Source: a virus | Taxonomy: Duplodnaviria > Heunggongvirae > Uroviricota > Caudoviricetes | IMG/VR virus record: IMGVR_UViG_2529292734_000016 | Strand: one strand, 5' to 3' | DNA: 28,326 nt | In this document: piece by piece, positions 25,727-28,326 of the stretch | How the letters are laid out: every line of letters starts with the position of its first letter | How positions within the stretch are numbered: position 1 is the stretch's first letter | Notes under the pieces: model-generated | What the model was told of the DNA's origin: nothing | The model's input: the letters and a program-made list of their open reading frames with translations, nothing else | Database searches by the model: none | Made by a program: the position numbers and the translations under genes

Positions 25727-26824
25727 TCAAGAGGTCTTATTTCTGCTCCTTTGGAGCTCTTCAAAACGATTATGTAAAGATTTCGGATACAGTTCGGTAT
25801 ATACCTGCCATAGCACGTTTAATGAACGATGCCCTGTAACCTGGGCGACTTCCTCAATACTAAAACCAGCCTCAAATAAGCGACTTGCCCCTTCTCTACG
25901 CAAATCATGGTATCGCAGATCCTTAATACCTAATTTGCTTCTTACCCTCTGAAATCCCGCAGTAACAGAAGTGCTGTTATATGGAAAAATGAATTCCGAT
26001 TTTTGGGGCTGTCGTTGGACGATATCCCAGGCTTCCCCAAGCAAGGCTACTTTCATGTGGTTGCCTTCCTTTTTGCGTGGGTCTTTCCTGTCTCTTACGA
26101 GTATAGATTTTTGTTCCTGGTCGAGATCTTCCCATCGTAACCGGCATACTTCTCCGATTCGCATACAGGACCACACAGAAAATTTGAGGATATCAACGAA
26201 CGGAATTTTTGAGCATTTATGAGTAGATCGTTGTTGAAGGCCTTCAATGAGCAGGTCCAGTTCATCAGATGCTGGTCTACGATTACGACGGTTTGATTTA
26301 CCAATCAAACCAAGTTTAAGTAGATATGGACGAGCACTTTTCGCCGGGTTTGATGTGTAATTAATTCCGTATACAGGTTTGGCCGCATCCAGAACACTGC
26401 CAAGATAACTAACATCGTGGCTGACTGTTGCTGGACCTGCGCCAGCGTTGTTTCTTAGCCTGCAATGTTCAATTACGTCATTTTCTGTCAGTTCAGATAG
26501 TTTGATCGCGGATATGTCACTATCCATAAGCAGTTCCAGCACATATCTTTTAGTACGGCCTGCTTTACCTCCGGCATTTGGGTCATTTAAATATTTGTGT
26601 AGTAAGTCACGGACTGTAAGTCCGTCAACTGCATTTGATGATGGAATGCCATATAGATCTAATTCCATCACTTTCTGTGTGCCCCATGTTTTGGCATGAG
26701 CATGTTTAGGGAATGTTTTGCTTTCCCTGTAAGTGATAACACCTTTTTCTTTGATAATCACATTACAGCGATAGCGTGGTGTGCCATCGGATTTTAGTCG
26801 TTTCTCTATGTTATAGTACGCCAT
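25727..26824 (-). CDS. Tyrosine-type site-specific integrase
   Basis: 365-aa protein whose C-terminal region has the spaced Arg/His/Tyr catalytic pattern (RIGE...HDLRR...Y) of phage integrases; divergent from and adjacent to dusA. Confidence 0.9.
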   Translation of the reverse strand: MAYYNIEKRLKSDGTPRYRCNVIIKEKGVITYRESKTFPKHAHAKTWGTQKVMELDLYGIPSSNAVDGLTVRDLLHKYLNDPNAGGKAGRTKRYVLELLMDSDISAIKLSELTENDVIEHCRLRNNAGAGPATVSHDVSYLGSVLDAAKPVYGINYTSNPAKSARPYLLKLGLIGKSNRRNRRPASDELDLLIEGLQQRSTHKCSKIPFVDILKFSVWSCMRIGEVCRLRWEDLDQEQKSILVRDRKDPRKKEGNHMKVALLGEAWDIVQRQPQKSEFIFPYNSTSVTAGFQRVRSKLGIKDLRYHDLRREGASRLFEAGFSIEEVAQVTGHRSLNVLWQVYTELYPKSLHNRFEELQRSRNKTS

Positions 26825-26912
26825 TACACGACCTCGTTATTTCGGGTTCCCATAAAACGTGGGAACCTGTGCGGGAACCTAACGCGAGAAAAATAGCCTG
26901 AAATGTTCAAAA

Positions 26913-27950
26913 ATGCACGATAATCATGAAACACAAAAAATTAATCAAACCAGCGTGATGCCTGAAAAAACTGGTGTTTACTGGAATTCTCGGTTTAGCA
27001 TTGCTCCTATGCTCGACTGGACGGACAGACATTGCCGCTATTTCTTGCGTCTGCTTTCCCGCAATACGTTGCTGTATACCGAAATGGTGACCACAGGGGC
27101 GATTATTCACGGTAAAGGTGATTACCTGGCGTACAGTGAAGAAGAACATCCGGTAGCGTTGCAACTCGGCGGTAGCGATCCGGCGGCGCTGGCACAGTGT
27201 GCGAAGCTGGCAGAAGCGCGTGGATATGATGAGATCAACCTGAATGTCGGCTGCCCGTCTGACCGGGTGCAGAACGGCATGTTTGGTGCGTGTCTGATGG
27301 GTAATGCGCAGCTGGTTGCCGACTGTGTGAAAGCGATGCGCGATGTGGTGTCGATTCCAGTGACGGTGAAAACGCGTATTGGCATCGATGACCAGGACAG
27401 CTATGAATTTCTCTGCGATTTCATCAACACTGTTTCCGGCAAAGGCGAGTGTGAGATGTTTATCATCCACGCACGTAAAGCCTGGCTTTCGGGGTTAAGC
27501 CCGAAAGAAAACCGTGAAATCCCGCCGCTCGATTATCCGCGTGTGTATCAACTGAAGCGTGACTTTCCGCATCTGACAATGTCGATTAACGGTGGTATCA
27601 AGTCGCTGGAAGAGGCCAAAGCACACCTGCAACATATGGATGGCGTGATGGTCGGGCGCGAGGCGTATCAGAATCCGGGTATTCTGGCGGCGGTAGACCG
27701 GGAGATCTTTGGTTCCTCGGATACCGATGCCGATCCGGTGGCGGTAGTGCGCGCCATGTATCCGTACATTGAGCGTGAACTCAGCCAGGGGACGTATCTC
27801 GGCCATATTACCCGGCATATGCTGGGTTTGTTCCAGGGTATTCCTGGCGCGCGGCAGTGGCGGCGTTATTTAAGTGAAAATGCCCATAAAGCGGGTGCTG
27901 ACATTAACGTGCTGGAACACGCGCTCAAACTGGTGGCGGATAAGCGTTAA
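26913..27950 (+). CDS. dusA: tRNA-dihydrouridine synthase A
   Basis: TIM-barrel Dus motifs ([28 protein letters not shown]); followed by pspG as in enterobacterial chromosomes. The true start may be the internal ATG at 26958 (MPEKTG). Confidence 0.85.
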   Translation: MHDNHETQKINQTSVMPEKTGVYWNSRFSIAPMLDWTDRHCRYFLRLLSRNTLLYTEMVTTGAIIHGKGDYLAYSEEEHPVALQLGGSDPAALAQCAKLAEARGYDEINLNVGCPSDRVQNGMFGACLMGNAQLVADCVKAMRDVVSIPVTVKTRIGIDDQDSYEFLCDFINTVSGKGECEMFIIHARKAWLSGLSPKENREIPPLDYPRVYQLKRDFPHLTMSINGGIKSLEEAKAHLQHMDGVMVGREAYQNPGILAAVDREIFGSSDTDADPVAVVRAMYPYIERELSQGTYLGHITRHMLGLFQGIPGARQWRRYLSENAHKAGADINVLEHALKLVADKR

Positions 27951-28032
27951 CTTTTCACCAAAAAGTAGTCAAATTCACCACGCCCTGCGCACCGTCGCGG
28001 GGCGTTTTGCTGTTAAATCAATAGATTATTTT

Positions 28033-28047
28033 TGGCATGATTCTTGT
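28033..28047 (+). promoter_or_regulatory. Candidate sigma54 promoter for pspG: TGGCAT-N5-TTGT
   Basis: GG and G spaced 12 nt apart in a -24/-12-like arrangement about 37 nt upstream of the pspG ATG; the -12 element is GT rather than consensus GC. Confidence 0.35.
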
Positions 28048-28083
28048 AATGCCAGCAAGAGATTTCATATTTGGGAGAGCATC

Positions 28084-28326
28084 ATGCTGGAACTACTTTT
28101 TGTGATTGGCTTTTTTGTCATGCTGATGGTCACCGGCGTTTCGTTGCTGGGCATTATCGCCGCGCTGGTTGTGGCGACGGCCATTATGTTCCTCGGCGGT
28201 ATGCTGGCATTGATGATTAAGTTGCTGCCGTGGTTACTACTGGCGATTGCGGTGGTGTGGGTTATTAAGGCGATTAAAGCACCAAAAATGCCGAAATATC
28301 AGCGTTATGACCGCTGGCGTTACTAA
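28084..28326 (+). CDS. pspG: Phage shock protein G
   Basis: 80-aa hydrophobic product (MLELLFVIGFFVMLMVTGVSLLGIIAALVV...) with GGGAGAG upstream; the longer 27874 ORF is a read-through extension. Confidence 0.8.
   Translation: MLELLFVIGFFVMLMVTGVSLLGIIAALVVATAIMFLGGMLALMIKLLPWLLLAIAVVWVIKAIKAPKMPKYQRYDRWRY

Larger units (their letters stand above)
1..26912 (+). mobile_element. Prophage, late/right-hand portion (lambdoid late control, HK97-like head, Mu-like contractile tail), integrated at dusA; the left end lies outside the window
   Basis: Continuous run of phage late genes ending in a minus-strand tyrosine integrase directly upstream of dusA. The right boundary is approximate; no att repeat was identified. 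Confidence 0.8.

Noticed and set aside
25683-25952. Plus-strand 89-aa ORF overlapping the LexA boxes and the integrase 3' end
   Set aside because: Antisense to the integrase and covers a regulatory region; no support.
27874-28083. 150-aa extended ORF for pspG
   Set aside because: The N-terminal extension has no RBS and overlaps the candidate promoter; the hydrophobic 80-aa protein starting at 28084 has a good RBS.
1-28326. CRISPR arrays, tRNA or rRNA genes
   Set aside because: No regularly spaced direct repeats or tRNA/rRNA-like sequence recognised by eye; the integration target here is the protein-coding gene dusA rather than a tRNA.

Overview
This window reads as the late (right-hand) part of a mosaic temperate prophage integrated at the 5' end of the host dusA gene, followed by host dusA and pspG. 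Gene order on the + strand: a nin-region DUF968-like gene, a lambdoid antiterminator Q with a candidate late promoter and tR'-like terminator, a lysis cassette (two holin-like proteins, GH19 endolysin, Rz with embedded Rz1), a KilA-N accessory cluster, an AT-rich single-gene cassette, an HK97-like packaging and head module (HNH endonuclease, TerS, TerL, portal, prohead protease, major capsid, connectors), and a Mu-like contractile tail module (sheath, tube, frameshifted chaperone, tape measure, baseplate genes, tail fibre). The prophage ends with a minus-strand DinI-like gene carrying two LexA boxes and a minus-strand tyrosine integrase abutting dusA. Most notable are three AT-rich insertions that look like horizontally acquired cargo: a self-contained secreted-protein cassette between the tape measure and baseplate genes, a single-gene cassette before the HNH/terminase, and a mosaic tail-fibre distal region. 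No tRNA, rRNA or CRISPR array was recognised. All calls come from reading the sequence and the supplied ORF translations; no database search or computation was run, so family names are recognition-based and should be confirmed.
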